NCBI GenBank assembly: GCA_964019335.1
Contig: OZ025708.1
Coordinates: 434,001 to 498,000 of the forward strand
Length of the DNA: 64,000 nt
Direction of reading: 5' to 3'
Origin: Diplonema japonicum
Lineage: Eukaryota > Protista > Euglenozoa: Diplonemea
The notes beneath the pieces were generated by a model. The model made no database searches and had not been told where the DNA came from. It saw only the letters and a list, made by a program, of their open reading frames with translations. Position numbers and translations under genes: made by a program. How positions within the stretch are numbered: position 1 is the first letter of the stretch; every line of letters starts with the position of its first letter. This document shows positions 1-11,520 of the stretch, one piece after another.

Positions 1-460
1 ACTCCCATAGCCACTCCACACCTGTCAACTCGGCCCCCTACCCACCCGCGGCCTCACGGAGATACTCGGGCAAGGAGCTTGCTGCGGAGTCTCAGGCGAT
101 CTTCAAGAAGCACAATCTGGTATGGTTTTGTAGCGCTCGTTCTCCTTGTCGCCATTCCTCTAACTCGTTCTTTCCTTGGCTTTTCGCAATGTTACTCGAA
201 GTAACCCCCAAATGTGCAAACCGGGTCCTTCGTATTCTTCGTTGCTTTCCGCCGTAATGCTGCGCAAGCAGCTGAAAGGGGGAAATCTAGCTCTTCTTCG
301 GTCTTCGTGCTTTCTCATCTTTTTGAAAAAGAAAAAGAAAAAGAAAACAAAAAAAAAAAAAAAAAAAATTCTTTTTTTCAAATTCAAAAAAAATCCATAA
401 CCACAGCTGGAAGGGATGCCCGAGCCACCCAGCCATGTCAGAGGCCTTAGAGATTACTAA
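1..460 (+). CDS. 3' end of an unknown protein gene (exons <1..119 and 407..460; intron 120..406)
   Basis: The frame from nt 3 reads ...ELAAESQAIFKKHNL, then a GTATGG donor at 120. After the CCACAG acceptor (406) it continues in frame as LEGMPEPPSHVRGLRDY* (TAA 458-460). Splicing is inferred. Confidence 0.5.
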
Positions 461-799
461 GAAAGCAGCACCGGCAACACCTTTTTTTTTTTTGTTTTTG
501 TTCTGTTACTCCCCCCCCTCCCCCCTTCTTCTTTTTTCTTGTTTTTTTTTTCTCTTTTTTGTATAGTACTGTGTTTATGGAGGAGGAGGGGGGAGGGGGG
601 GACGAATCTCTGGGTAGGGGAGAAAATCTTTTTTTTTTCCTCTGTTTTTTTTTTTTTTTTTACTCCCATTTATTTTATTTTATTCCCCCATTTTTTTAAC
701 CTTCCCTTTATTTTTTTTAAACCCCCCCTTTTCAAAAGAAAAAAATGACCAAAACTACACAAGGAAAGGGGAAAGGGGGGAACAAAAAAAAAAAAGGAT

Positions 800-1562
800 A
801 TGAGCAACAAACCGTACCCATACGAGGTGACTGCTAAGATAGCCCCGCAAGGGTCAGGGCACAATTATGAATACACCGCAGAGGCGTTGAAAGAGGAAAG
901 GGACGCCGTGTGGACGTTCGTAAGGAGGCTGGGTGCGACATTTTACGAGGGTAAGGACTTGGTGAGCGTGTCGATGCCCGTTACATTGTGTGAGCCAGCG
1001 AGCTTCTTGGAACGAATGTGCCGGGGGTGGGTGACTATGCCCTCATATTGCAAGGCGATTCTTGACACAAAATGTGAGATCGAACGGATGAAGCTCGTAG
1101 TGGCCATGGTGGTGTCGGGGCTTCATAAAAATTTAAACTGCAAGAAACCATTCAACCCCGTTCTGGGGGAGACCTACGAGGCAACTTTTGAAGACGGGTC
1201 CCACATACACGTGGAGCAAACCTCCCACCATCCGCCTGTTTCCTCCTGGGAGGTCCACTCCCATGACAACACCTGGAAATTCACAGGAACCGCGAAATGG
1301 AGTGGGTACTTCGCGGGTAACGCCGTAAAGGGCGGCCAACAGGGCGTCAACTGCCTTGAGTTCAGCGATGGATACCGAGTGGAGTGGGTCCTCCCGAACA
1401 TCCATGTGTCGGGAGTTCTGTCGGGCAATCGAATTCTAGACCATGTGGGTGCCATTGAATTCAAAGACAACTCCACACCCTCTTACACCTGCAAGGTCGG
1501 GTTCGGCGACCAACGAAAGCTGGTGGAATGGATGCAAGACAGTGGGAAATGTATGTTAGGGG

Positions 1563-1597
<35 letters not shown>

Positions 1598-2039
1598 GGG
1601 ATAGCCGGTGCGCTGACTGGTGGGTGGTTGTCAGGTGGCCAAGCCGAAGCAAAAGTTCAAGACGATGAACTTACCGGCGAGATATTCCTCACTCCTTGCA
1701 GTGGAAACGCTGAGAAGAAGGTGGTCGTGGCGACGGTTATGGGGTCTTGGTTGAAGGGGGTTGACTTTCAAGACCAAGGAACGGAGGTGTTGAAAAGATA
1801 TTGGGAGAAGGACAATACCCTAGTCACCTTGATAGATAATGACCTTCCTGCGAATGTGCTGCCCACCGACTCGCGGCTGCGGAAGGATATTTCGCACCTT
1901 AAAGAGAACAACCTTGATGCTGCCCAGGAACACAAAGAGGAGATAGAAAACGTATGTGATTAGGGAGAAAAAAAAAAAAAAAAAAAAAAAAAAACAGAGG
2001 CAACGTCGTTTGAACAAAATACGGAAGGGTGCAGCGTGA
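800..2039 (+). CDS. Oxysterol-binding protein-related (ORP/Osh, ORD-only) lipid transfer protein; introns 1551..1598 and 1952..1997
   Basis: ORD signatures: SMPVTLCEPASFLER, KKPFNPVLGETYE, EQTSHHPP, LPTDSRLRKD. Removing 1551..1598 (GTATGT...A-tract...TCAG, 48 nt) eliminates the poly-K insert. Removing 1952..1997 restores the typical ORP C-terminal helix AQEHKEEIEN|RQRRLNKIRKGAA* (TGA 2037-2039). Confidence 0.9.
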
Positions 2040-3029
2040 GATAAAGGGAAAGAAAAGGGGGGGGGGGGGGGGGGGTGGGACACAACAGAAAATGTATAGA
2101 GGTTTTCTTCCTTTTTCCCCCCTTCGTTTTTTTTTTCTTTCTCTGTGCAGCAGCCTGACCATGACCAAATATCTTTCGGTGGTTAAACCACATGAGATTC
2201 CCCCCCCCCCCCCCACCTTTTGAGTGTGTTTTTTTTTTTTCCCCGTTGCCAACAATTCTTCCATCGCTCTGTGAGTTCTTTTTTTCCTTTCTTTTCGTTT
2301 TTTAGTGTCCCGTGCATGTGCAAAAAAAAAGTTTTTTTTGTCTCAAAAAGTTTTTTTAAGTTTTGTTAACTATGAGGTTGTCTTTTGACAAGTCATGTCT
2401 AGCGTCTTCCCCCATCGTATATGTGGGGACTCTTTTTTGTTTTTTTTTTTTTTTTTTGTTTCGTTCAGAATGTGCCATATCCAAAAAGAAAAAAGAAGGG
2501 AAATTAAAAGAGAGAACATACACACTCTCTTCCCGCCACCTACACCCCCCCCCCCCCCCCCCCCCTCCCAACACTGTTCCAATCGGAAAAAAAGAAAACA
2601 AACAAAAAAGAAATGAAGGAAAAACCTCCAACTGTCCCCTCCTTTTTTTTTTTTTTTTTTCGTTTGCTTTCGTACGTCGCAATTTCTTTCTTTTGTTTTG
2701 TTTTTGTTTGCTGTTGTTTTAACAATATTATTTTGTCGAGACTACAAAAAAAAAAAAACAAAACGAAAAACAAAAAAAAAAAACTAGTTTATGGCAGGTG
2801 TAATGGGCTATATTTTGTAATTGGGTATTTTAAAAAAAAAGAAAAGAAAAAAGAAAAAAAAAAAGAAATACCGTGCGCACAAAACAAAATGAAAAGAGCC
2901 AAAACTAGTTTTTTTTTTTTTTTTTTTTTTCTTCTTTTTCTTTTCATTATTTCATGCTCGTTCCCTTGGCTTTGAAAACTCCTTTTTTTTCAGAGCGTCC
3001 CCCCCCCAAAAAAAAAACAAATAAAAAAT

Positions 3030-5845
3030 ATGGGCAAGAAAGAAAAGAAGCTGTCCCCCGAAGAGGAAGAGGCCAGGAGGGCGGAGGAGAGAAGGGCCGT
3101 GCAGAACGCGTATCTAGGGATCTACAAGGAAGCGAAGAGCAGGCGCGGTAAGACGTTAGATGACGTGATGAGCCCGAAGGCTGCCGTGTTCCCGATCCCG
3201 AAGCAGCCTTACACGACCACATTGCTAGGGGCACCTTCAGAGATGATCACAAAGATGAACACCTTCAGCCAAAAACAAAAGGAGGCAATCACCGCTGGAA
3301 TGCGGAAAATCAGGTCAGGTGGCACCTGCCACAAGAAGAACGGCCCGGACACCATCTGCGTCACCGCACCAGGCACCCTAGCCGAGGTGTCTGAGGGTGT
3401 GAAGTCATATGTCGAGTCCTTGATGTCTATCTGGCACAAAAAACAAGGCGGCATCCTTGAAGAACTGGAGGCGAACCTCTCCGTGCCTGTTCCCTCCTCC
3501 GACGCAAGGGCGCTCCTCGCGGAAATTGCAGACCGTCTTCATGACACATACCAGGAAGCCTGCGATGGGGAAAGCTGCCTTGAAACCCTTATCATGACCC
3601 TCTACACGATGGACGGCACCGACATCGACAGGATGCTCTCCTACCCCAACGTCCCTCCCCCTTACAGGGCGGACTTCCAGTCGGTTCGAGACGCATGGAC
3701 AGACTACACCCCCAAAAACCCCACCATCCACGCTGAGATCCTCCATGCCTGTTCAGAGCTTTACTCAGACCCTTGTAACCCCAAGTCCATGCAGGCCGCC
3801 AGTAAGTGGATCCGTTTCATCGGCATCCTGATGGGGCTCTCTGAAGGTCGGCCTTCTGAGAAGCTCTACAAAGGCGTATGGGGTGCTGAAATTGATGTTA
3901 ACCTTCTGAAGAACACCCACATCGGCTGGGTCACACCGCTGTCCGTCTCCTCCAGCGAGAGGGTGGCCGAGGACTTCAGCGACGGCAGTTCCGGCACAGG
4001 TATCGTTTTCACCTTCATGGCAAAGGAAGGCGTCCCACTGTATACTGTAAGCCAGTACCCTGACGAGCAGGAGATACTGCTGCCTCTGGGCAGTGTCTTG
4101 AAGGTTGTCTCCGTGACGCCCAGCGGGAACGACACCTCGTCGGTGGTCAACACGGAGGTCGTTTCGTGCTTGTCGTCGCTCTCGAACGAGGTGCAGCTCT
4201 TCCAGTCTCAGGCCATCGCGGACGCAAGGATCGCAGGCGAATGGCTGTCGCAGCTGGCTGCACTACGTGGTGATGACGACAATGCAAGCAATAAGCTGCA
4301 GTCGAGCGACAGCAGTGCAGAGGAGTCGGAAGACGACGGCGGGTTTCTAACCCAGAACGAGATCAAGCTGCTGGACAGCATATCATCTGTAAACATGGAA
4401 GGCGGGGGGAAGGGGAAGTTCCCAGTAAAGCTGACCCCAGTGCCGCAAGACTTCTCCTGCAACATGCCCGACGAAGAGTCTTGCAAGGCATTGCTCCTCA
4501 GGCTGCGCGAGGAGTACATGAGCAAGAAGGGCGATGCTGTCGACGAGCTAGTCACGAACCTCAGAAGCCAGCACCAGCGGGGCACCGCTGACCACAAACG
4601 CGAGGGGCTGCAAAGGCTCTCCGTTATGGCGAAGCTGCTTCACGACAGGAGCAAGACGCACTTCCCAGACAGCAGCTGCGTCGACAGCCTTGTGATGTGG
4701 CTGTACACCTCCCACGGCGTCAACATTGATGCCATGATGGGCTTCGAGGCACCTGTCTTCCCGGTCAACCCAGATGACCCCAACTATGACAATCTACTTG
4801 CCAAGTGGGAGGAGTACATCAAGGAGTACAGAACAGAGGACTACTCACCAGACCAGAGGACGAGGAACGGCGCTATATTCTGCGACATCAACTGGGCGTT
4901 GCGCATAGAGGGGGCACCGAAGAAGAACGGGAAAGGGAACCCCAAGGCGACCCTGATCATCAGAAAATGGTGCAAGTTCATCAGCACCCTGCTGAACATC
5001 CTGAGCAGGTCGTTCCAAGAAATGGAGCAACCTCTTTACAGAGGGTTCGGGGGGCAGAGCGACAGCATGTTCAGCTACTTAATGAAGCAGGCTCCAGGCG
5101 CGAAACTATACTGGCCCGCTGTGTCGTCATGCGCGCACAACAGGGATGTGGCTGTATCATACGTCGATGGGAGTGCTGCCAATGCACAGACTATGTCAGG
5201 GTACGCACTGCTATTCGAGATAAAGGGAGCAAGCTGCGGTGCAGGTCTGGACCACATCAGCCAGTACCCAGGAGAAACAGAACACGCGCTACCAATGACA
5301 GAACTGGTGATCGAGGACACTGCCGTAGAAGAGGAGATCACAGGGAAGCTAAGGGCCGGGGGGGGAACAGGCTCCTGCGGGGTGATACATGTAAAGACAA
5401 GGCCTGGGTTTGTGAAGAAGCACGTGAACGACCTACTCTACTTCGCAAGAGCAGACGCAAGGAGGACGTCTAAGCGTGTCCTGCGCACCTACAACGCTGT
5501 GAGAATGCTCGAGAAGCCCACAGAGCTGATGAAGGCACGAGCAGAGCTTGTCGACGCTGTCGATGACATGGAACTAGACGCGCTGTTCGAGCTGACAGGC
5601 CATGTGCAGCCCATCGTCAAGGAGGTGGTAGAGAATGCCAGGTGGGTGCTTGAACCAGACGGTCGAGAGGTCCACATAGTCAACGACACCCTCGACAGCC
5701 TCGCGAGGAATAAGGGCCCCGCGGCCTTGGTGGAGAAAATCCGATCGTGGACGTTGGACTGCACCAAGCGGAACGACCTCCCCGACGAGACCACCACCAA
5801 GAGACGCCTTCATGGTTTCTGTTCTGGTAAGAAAACAAAGTATGC

Positions 5846-5885
<40 letters not shown>

Positions 5886-6046
5886 CGTACACACACAGGC
5901 CCGAAGCCTTGCGCAGGGAAGCTCCGGAAGCGGAGGACCTTGCAAGATGGGTGCGATGCGTGCATGCTTACGCAGTGCAGCTGATCGAGTGCGTGAGGTC
6001 GAAGAACGTGAAGGGGGCGGTAAAGAAAAAGCAAAGCAAAGCGTAG
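3030..6046 (+). CDS. Protein with two tandem ART-family (R-S-E type) ADP-ribosyltransferase-like domains and a C-terminal helical domain; intron 5840..5898
   Basis: Unit 1: LYKG (3864)...PLSVSSSERVAEDF...IVFTF...VSQYPDEQEILLP (4065). Unit 2: LYRG (5034)...AVSSCAHNRDVAVSY...LLFEI...ISQYPGETEHALP (5274). Both units are preceded by similar helices (LIMTLYTMDGTDID / LVMWLYTSHGVNID). A GTATGC donor at 5840 and ACACAG acceptor at 5898 give the last exon KPEALRREAPEAEDLARWVRCVHAY...QSKA* (TAG 6044-6046). Confidence 0.75.
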
Positions 6047-6216
6047 GAAGCAAAGAGAAAAAAAAAAACTCGTTCTTTTCCAGGAACTGCATTCCCCCCC
6101 CCCCTTTTTTTTAGGTTTAGGCCTTAAATGTCTCTTTTTTTTTTTTTTTTTTTCTTCCCTCCTTAACTTTTTTTTTCCCCATATTTAAAGCACTCAGATC
6201 TACACAAATATAAGTT

Positions 6217-6670
6217 ATGTCCGAACTGGCTAGAAATTCGATTTTGAACTTCTGGGTGACGGTTAACGAGGGGGAATACGATAAGGTAGCGGACTGCTTC
6301 AGTGAAGGGTGCATCGTGAAATTCCCTGGGTGGGAAAAGGTGTACAAAGGGAAGGACAGCTGCGCCGGGTTTTTCAAAAAGTTTATCTTGGAGAAGAACG
6401 TCACTCACACAGAGCTGTCCTTCTTCCAAGGATACCACCCTGGGGGCGAAGACGATGGGTCTCAGAACAGCATTGTGAACTGGATCCAAGAGGAGGGCGT
6501 TGCCAAGAACGACGCACAATACACAATCAGCTACTCTGCGAAATTCGATGTTTGCAAGGTATAAAAAAAAAAAAATTAAAAAAAAAAAAAATTCCTCCGC
6601 ACAGGCTGGCACCATCTCAAGTGTTGATCTCATCATGGACGAGAATATGATAACGCAAGTATTTGGGTGA
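6217..6670 (+). CDS. Small SnoaL/NTF2-like fold protein (~135 aa); intron 6559..6604
   Basis: N-terminal pattern FWVTVNEGEYDKVADCFSEGCIVKFPG...YKGKD...FF fits the SnoaL-like family. Splicing AAG|GTATAA...CGCACAG|GCT adds AGTISSVDLIMDENMITQVFG*, the expected final strand and helix. Confidence 0.65.
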
Positions 6671-7224
6671 AATGGAAGGGAAAAGTCAGGTGATAAAACG
6701 GTTTCTTTTACACATCAATATTCAGAGGTTTTTTTTTGTTTTTGTTTTTTGTTTTTTTGTTTTTTTTTATCTAATCTATTACACTTAGATTCTTGGTTTT
6801 TTCACCGTCAAAGAGTGCGTTTGGTGTCTTTACAAGATTATCTCAAACATCCTCTTTGTCACTGGTCACACACCCCCACCCCCCCCTTTTTTATTGAGAT
6901 TCCTCCTTTCTGTTTCTGTCTGAATAATACAAAAAAAAAAAAGAAAACGCACATAACGAATAGATAATCTAAACTTTTTTTTTTTGAATCTCTATTTTTT
7001 TTTTTTTTTTTTTTTTCTTTTTTTTTTATGTTTACACGCACTTCCCCCCACCCTGCTCCATTCCCTCTCTTCCCTTCACATTAACGAATTAAAAAAAAAA
7101 AAAGCTTTCTCCTTCCCCCCCCCCCCCCCCTCTTTAAAATTTCAAAAAAATGACAAAAAAAAAGGAAAACAGACAAAAAAAAAAGCAAAAAAAATAAAAT
7201 AAAACACTGGCACCGGAATGTGAG

Positions 7225-8430
7225 ATGGCCGGTTCGGGAGTGTGTAAAGAATGGCCCACAGAAGCAAGACGGGACGCATCAGGGAAGCAGATCGGCAGCG
7301 GCCCGCACACACTGACAGCGGAACAACTAACCCTCTTCGAGGAGGCGAAAAAAAAATGTGGGAAGCTCGACGACTCTATGCGGATGAGCGACGACGACCT
7401 TCTGATGCGCTTCTTCATAGGAAGGGACTTCAAGGTGGACCCCGCCGTGCAGGCGGCTCAGGACAGCGTGAAATGGCGGAAAGCTAACAACGTTGAAAAC
7501 ATCTTCGAATGGTCAGAAAAAACCATGCAACGAGACGTAATATTCAAATCACACACCAAAGGTCTGTGTGGGTTCTACGGCTTCGACAACGAGGGCTACC
7601 CCATCTGGTGGGAAAGGCCCAACCAAACAGGCATCGGAGAACTTTTAAAACAATACGGACGCGACGACTGCCTACGCTGGCACGTATGTGTCGTAGAACG
7701 CTGCAGAGAGGTAGCGAAATCCCTTCGAATGGACAGAGTAACCATGGTCCTCGACCTATCAGATGTCACTGGTTCCGTACTGTTCTCAAAGGCCGGGGGT
7801 CTTCTCAAGGCACAGGCGAAACAGGACCAAGAGGTTTACCCCGAATGCCTGCGAAAAATGTACCTAATTAACGCTCCATGGGGCTTCTCCGCAGCGTGGT
7901 CCGCATTAAAACCATTCTTAAACGCAAGAACACAGGATAAAATCACTATTCAAAGCACACGGCAGGACGGAGACCCGTTGTCGCAATACGTATCAAAGGG
8001 GAACATCCCTGTTGACTTTGGAGGCGATGCGGTGGTAGACTGGGATGTTACCAGGATGATCGCAACAAAAGAACGCCGAATATTCAAACCGAAAATATAT
8101 CTTGACAGAATTAAAGAGTTCGAGAAGACTGTTGTCGAACCGAAAGAAGAAGAAGAGGAAGAGGTACCTTTACCACGGCATGTCCACGGGCATCATGGGC
8201 AGGATGGTGATGTGGCGCATACTGATATTCTTTTGACGTGTTTAACTTATGTGTCGGACAATGATGATGTTTCGACGGTGCCTCCTACTCCTCCTCCCAG
8301 GGAGGATGCTCCTGGTTTTGCGTTGCAGGTGGAGGAGAAGTCACAGGCAAAGCATGTTCCTTCGGACGCTTCGAACCCGCAAGACTCTTCCCCTAGCCCT
8401 TCGGGTCAATGTTGTTGTGCTTTGATGTGA
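7225..8430 (+). CDS. SEC14/CRAL-TRIO lipid-binding protein with C-terminal CaaX (CCCALM)
   Basis: DDDLLMRFFIGRDFKV...WRK (CRAL_N), GFDNEGYPI, TMVLDLSD, YPECLRKMYLINAPWGFSAAWSALKPFLNARTQDKI, IPVDFGG. Intronless, 401 aa. Confidence 0.9.
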   Translation: MAGSGVCKEWPTEARRDASGKQIGSGPHTLTAEQLTLFEEAKKKCGKLDDSMRMSDDDLLMRFFIGRDFKVDPAVQAAQDSVKWRKANNVENIFEWSEKTMQRDVIFKSHTKGLCGFYGFDNEGYPIWWERPNQTGIGELLKQYGRDDCLRWHVCVVERCREVAKSLRMDRVTMVLDLSDVTGSVLFSKAGGLLKAQAKQDQEVYPECLRKMYLINAPWGFSAAWSALKPFLNARTQDKITIQSTRQDGDPLSQYVSKGNIPVDFGGDAVVDWDVTRMIATKERRIFKPKIYLDRIKEFEKTVVEPKEEEEEEVPLPRHVHGHHGQDGDVAHTDILLTCLTYVSDNDDVSTVPPTPPPREDAPGFALQVEEKSQAKHVPSDASNPQDSSPSPSGQCCCALM

Positions 8431-8645
8431 AAAAAAAAAGGGTAAAAAAACACGTACTGATAACCTATCTGGCACGTTGAGAGGGAAAAAAAAAAAAAAA
8501 AAAAAAAAGCTCTCTCCCCCCCGTCTACCTGTGAACACTGTTCCTATTTATTATGCACGTGCACGTCTTTTTTTTTTTTTTTTTTTTTTTTTTCGTTTGT
8601 CCTTTGCCATTAAAACTTTCCTTTTTGCGGCACGCGCAAAAACAG

Positions 8646-8679
<34 letters not shown>

Positions 8680-9357
8680 AGCTTTTGGCAGAATTTACTA
8701 TTATGGTGTTGTTTCCTCTTTTCTCCGTTTTTTTTTTCTTCTTCTTTCTCAACCCTTGGGGTGCATTTAAGGGTTTTTTAAACCTTAGCCTTTAAAAAAA
8801 AAAGCCTAGTTAGGGGGACAATTGCTCATATATGTACTTGTGTAAGGTGCTAAACACTCTCCGTTCTTTCATCTTCCCTTTTCTCCTTTTTTCTTCTTCT
8901 GGTTACGTTTTTTTTTTTTACATTTTCTTCTGGTAAAGGATATTTCAAGGAAAGGATTGTAGCGGTTTCTTCTTTTTTTTTTATTACGTGTCCTTTAGGC
9001 TGGTCTTGGAAGTTTTTTACCTGAGGAATTTATTCCACCACCTTTTTGGTGACAAAAAAAAAAAAAAAAAAGTGAAAACAATTCGTTTCTTTTCGCCCCT
9101 CTCCCCCCCCTTTTTTTTTCGTTCCCCTCTTATTGCTACCAAAAAAAAAAGTTCTTTATTCCATCAGAAACAAGTAAGGGGGAAAAAAGAAAGAAAAACT
9201 AAGAACGAAAGGAGCCCCCCCCCACCCTCACCATGTTTTTACCATATGTCTGTCTTTTTTTTTTCCCCCCCTTTTTTTTTTCCTGCCGTAGGTTCAAAAG
9301 ATATCAAAAAGGCGATCAACGAAAGAAAGGGGAAAGAAAAAAAAAATAATAATAATA

Positions 9358-10650
9358 ATGAAGTTCCACCTGGCTGCGTTCCTAGCGGTGCTAGGAGGGG
9401 TGGCGGGGATCGACAACGGATACGGCCTAACGCCCCCTATGGGGTGGCGATCGTGGAACTGCTACGGAAGAAACGTGAACCAGACGCTGATGGAAACTGT
9501 AATGGACAAGATGGCGGCAAAGGGCCCCGAGGGGAAAAGCCTGCTCGACGTGGGTTACGTCAGCGTGGGCCTAGACGACAACTGGCAAGCCTGCGGGGCA
9601 GGCGTCAACGGCTCCTTCCACGACGAACAAGGCAACCCCATCATCAATCTGAAAACCTTCCCCGATATGAAGGCCATGACCTCCCACGGCCACAGCCTCG
9701 GCCTCAAAGTTGGATGGTACATGAACAACTGCATTTGCAGGGAAACCACCTTCACCAACGACACATACATCGCCCTCCACATGGAGGCCTCTGCTGCAGC
9801 TGTTGCCAACTTCGAGTTCGATGGTGTGAAGCTCGACGGATGTGGACAGTTCATGAACCTCACATGGTGGGGAGCTCTTCTGAACGCAACAGGCAGGCCC
9901 ATCATGATCGAGAACTGTCATTGGGGGAGGACATACCCGGGGCAGCATCCTCCCACAGACGCTGTATGCACAGGTACAACAGCACCGTCCGACTGCCCGT
10001 ACAATTTTTACAGGTCTTCCGGTGACATCCGTCCGGAGTGGTTGAGGGTGATGAATAATCTGCAGACTGTGATTGAGTTTGAAGGGCGCACCCCACGGTC
10101 GATCCCAGGGGCGTGGGCGTACCCTGACATGCTTGAAGTGGGGAACCTCGCATCGCACGGTGAGGACAGGACACACTTCGCTGCATGGTGCATTGTGTCA
10201 TCACCTCTTGTTCTTGGCTACGATGTGACTAATGACACCGTCACGCAAAGGGTGTGGGACATCATTGCCAACGAGGAGGCCATTGCTGTGAACCAGGCAT
10301 GGGTTGGTTCCCCCGGGCAGCTTGTGAAGAACATCATGCCGCCCGACTTTGAGGGTGACGTGGGTATCCCGCAGCATGGTGTGCTTCTCCAGATCTGGGC
10401 CAAGCCTGTGACTGCTGACGGCAACACAGCCGTCCTCGTTATCAACAACTCCACTGGTCCCAGTTATACCGTTCAGCTCAACATGACGGACTTCGGTTTC
10501 CTGTCCACTGACAAGGTCACCGTTCGTGACATCTACAGCCACGCAGATGTCGGGGCGTACACGGGGCACTTCACCACCGACATGATCCCCACCCACGACA
10601 GCAGGTTCTACATGTTCAGCAAATCTTCCTCGCACTCGCAGTGGTTATAG
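9358..10650 (+). CDS. Secreted GH27 alpha-galactosidase / alpha-N-acetylgalactosaminidase
   Basis: Signal peptide, then DNGYGLTPPMGWRSWN, LDDNW, KLDGC (nucleophile Asp), RSSGDI (acid/base Asp), YPDMLEVGN, HFAAWCIVSSPLVLGYD, IAVNQ and a C-terminal beta-sandwich (QIWAKP...VRDIYSH). Confidence 0.93.
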   Translation: MKFHLAAFLAVLGGVAGIDNGYGLTPPMGWRSWNCYGRNVNQTLMETVMDKMAAKGPEGKSLLDVGYVSVGLDDNWQACGAGVNGSFHDEQGNPIINLKTFPDMKAMTSHGHSLGLKVGWYMNNCICRETTFTNDTYIALHMEASAAAVANFEFDGVKLDGCGQFMNLTWWGALLNATGRPIMIENCHWGRTYPGQHPPTDAVCTGTTAPSDCPYNFYRSSGDIRPEWLRVMNNLQTVIEFEGRTPRSIPGAWAYPDMLEVGNLASHGEDRTHFAAWCIVSSPLVLGYDVTNDTVTQRVWDIIANEEAIAVNQAWVGSPGQLVKNIMPPDFEGDVGIPQHGVLLQIWAKPVTADGNTAVLVINNSTGPSYTVQLNMTDFGFLSTDKVTVRDIYSHADVGAYTGHFTTDMIPTHDSRFYMFSKSSSHSQWL

Positions 10651-10795
10651 ATTGCTTCGCTTTATTTTCTTCTTTCAAAACGTTCTTTTCTTTTTTTTTT
10701 TTTTTTTTTAATAAACAACATAGTATCCAGGGTTAACCGATCACCCGCGGGTTTTTAATTACAATCGGGTTTTAAATTGACGTCAAATGAAAGGC

Positions 10796-11520
10796 GAGCA
10801 TGCAACCATGCTTAAAACCCTTATATTCGTATCCCGGGCCCCCCAGATACACAAAGCCGACCCCAGGGAGCATCAAAACGACTTGGAAAAGGATTATTTT
10901 CCGAAAAGCTGTTTTTTCGCTTTTTTTGGCGGGTTTTTAATTAAAAGCGAAAAAACAAAAAAAAATCGAAAATCAAAAATTAAAACAGGAGGAGAGCATG
11001 CAACCATGCTTAAAACCCTTCGTTTCGTCCCTCGGGGCCCCCAGATACACAAAGCCGACCCAGGGAGCATCCAAATGACATAGAAAAGGATTATTTTCCC
11101 GAAAAGCTGGTGCTTCCCTGTTTCAGGCAGGGTCCTAATTGGGAGCGAAATCAAAAGTCAATAATTAAAACGGGAGGAGAGCATGCAACCATGCATATAA
11201 TAACCCTTCTATTCGTCCCCCGGGCCCCCCAGATACACAAAGCCGACCCCAGGGAGCATCAAAACGACTTAGAAAAGGATTATTTTCCTGAAAAGCTGGG
11301 GTTTCCCTTTTTTTGGCGGTTTTTCTTCTTTTTTCTGTTTAAATAGGAGCGAAATCAAAAATCAATAATTAGAGCGGGAGGAGAGCGTGCAACCATACTT
11401 ATAACCCTTCTATTCGACCAGACCTCCCAGATACACAAAGCCTGCATCGAAACGACTTAGAAAAGGGTTATTTTCCCGAAAATCGGGATTTTCCCTGTTT
11501 TTGGCGGGTTTTTAACTAGG
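10796..11520. repeat. Four diverged ~185-205-bp tandem repeats inside the hAT element
   Basis: Unit GAGCATGCAACCATGCTTAAAACCCTT...CCCAGATACACAAAGCC...GAAAAGGATTATTTTCC starts at ~10796, 10994, 11179 and 11383. Confidence 0.9.

Noticed and set aside
160-3000. Numerous short poly-K/poly-F/poly-P/poly-G ORFs here and in other intergenic regions
   Set aside because: Translations of A/T/C/G homopolymer tracts.
5827-5984. ORF-track C-terminus of the ART protein (read-through or GTAAG donor at 5827, stop 5984)
   Set aside because: Read-through includes poly-F. The GTATG donor at 5840 matches the other donors and gives a more protein-like exon. The 5827 donor is not excluded without RNA data.
8988-10025. 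345-aa ORF overlapping GH27
   Set aside because: An off-frame overlap of the clear GH27 CDS, starting in homopolymer DNA.
10796-11520. Possible CRISPR-like array
   Set aside because: The units are ~195-bp diverged tandem copies with no unique spacers, inside a eukaryotic transposon; no cas genes.
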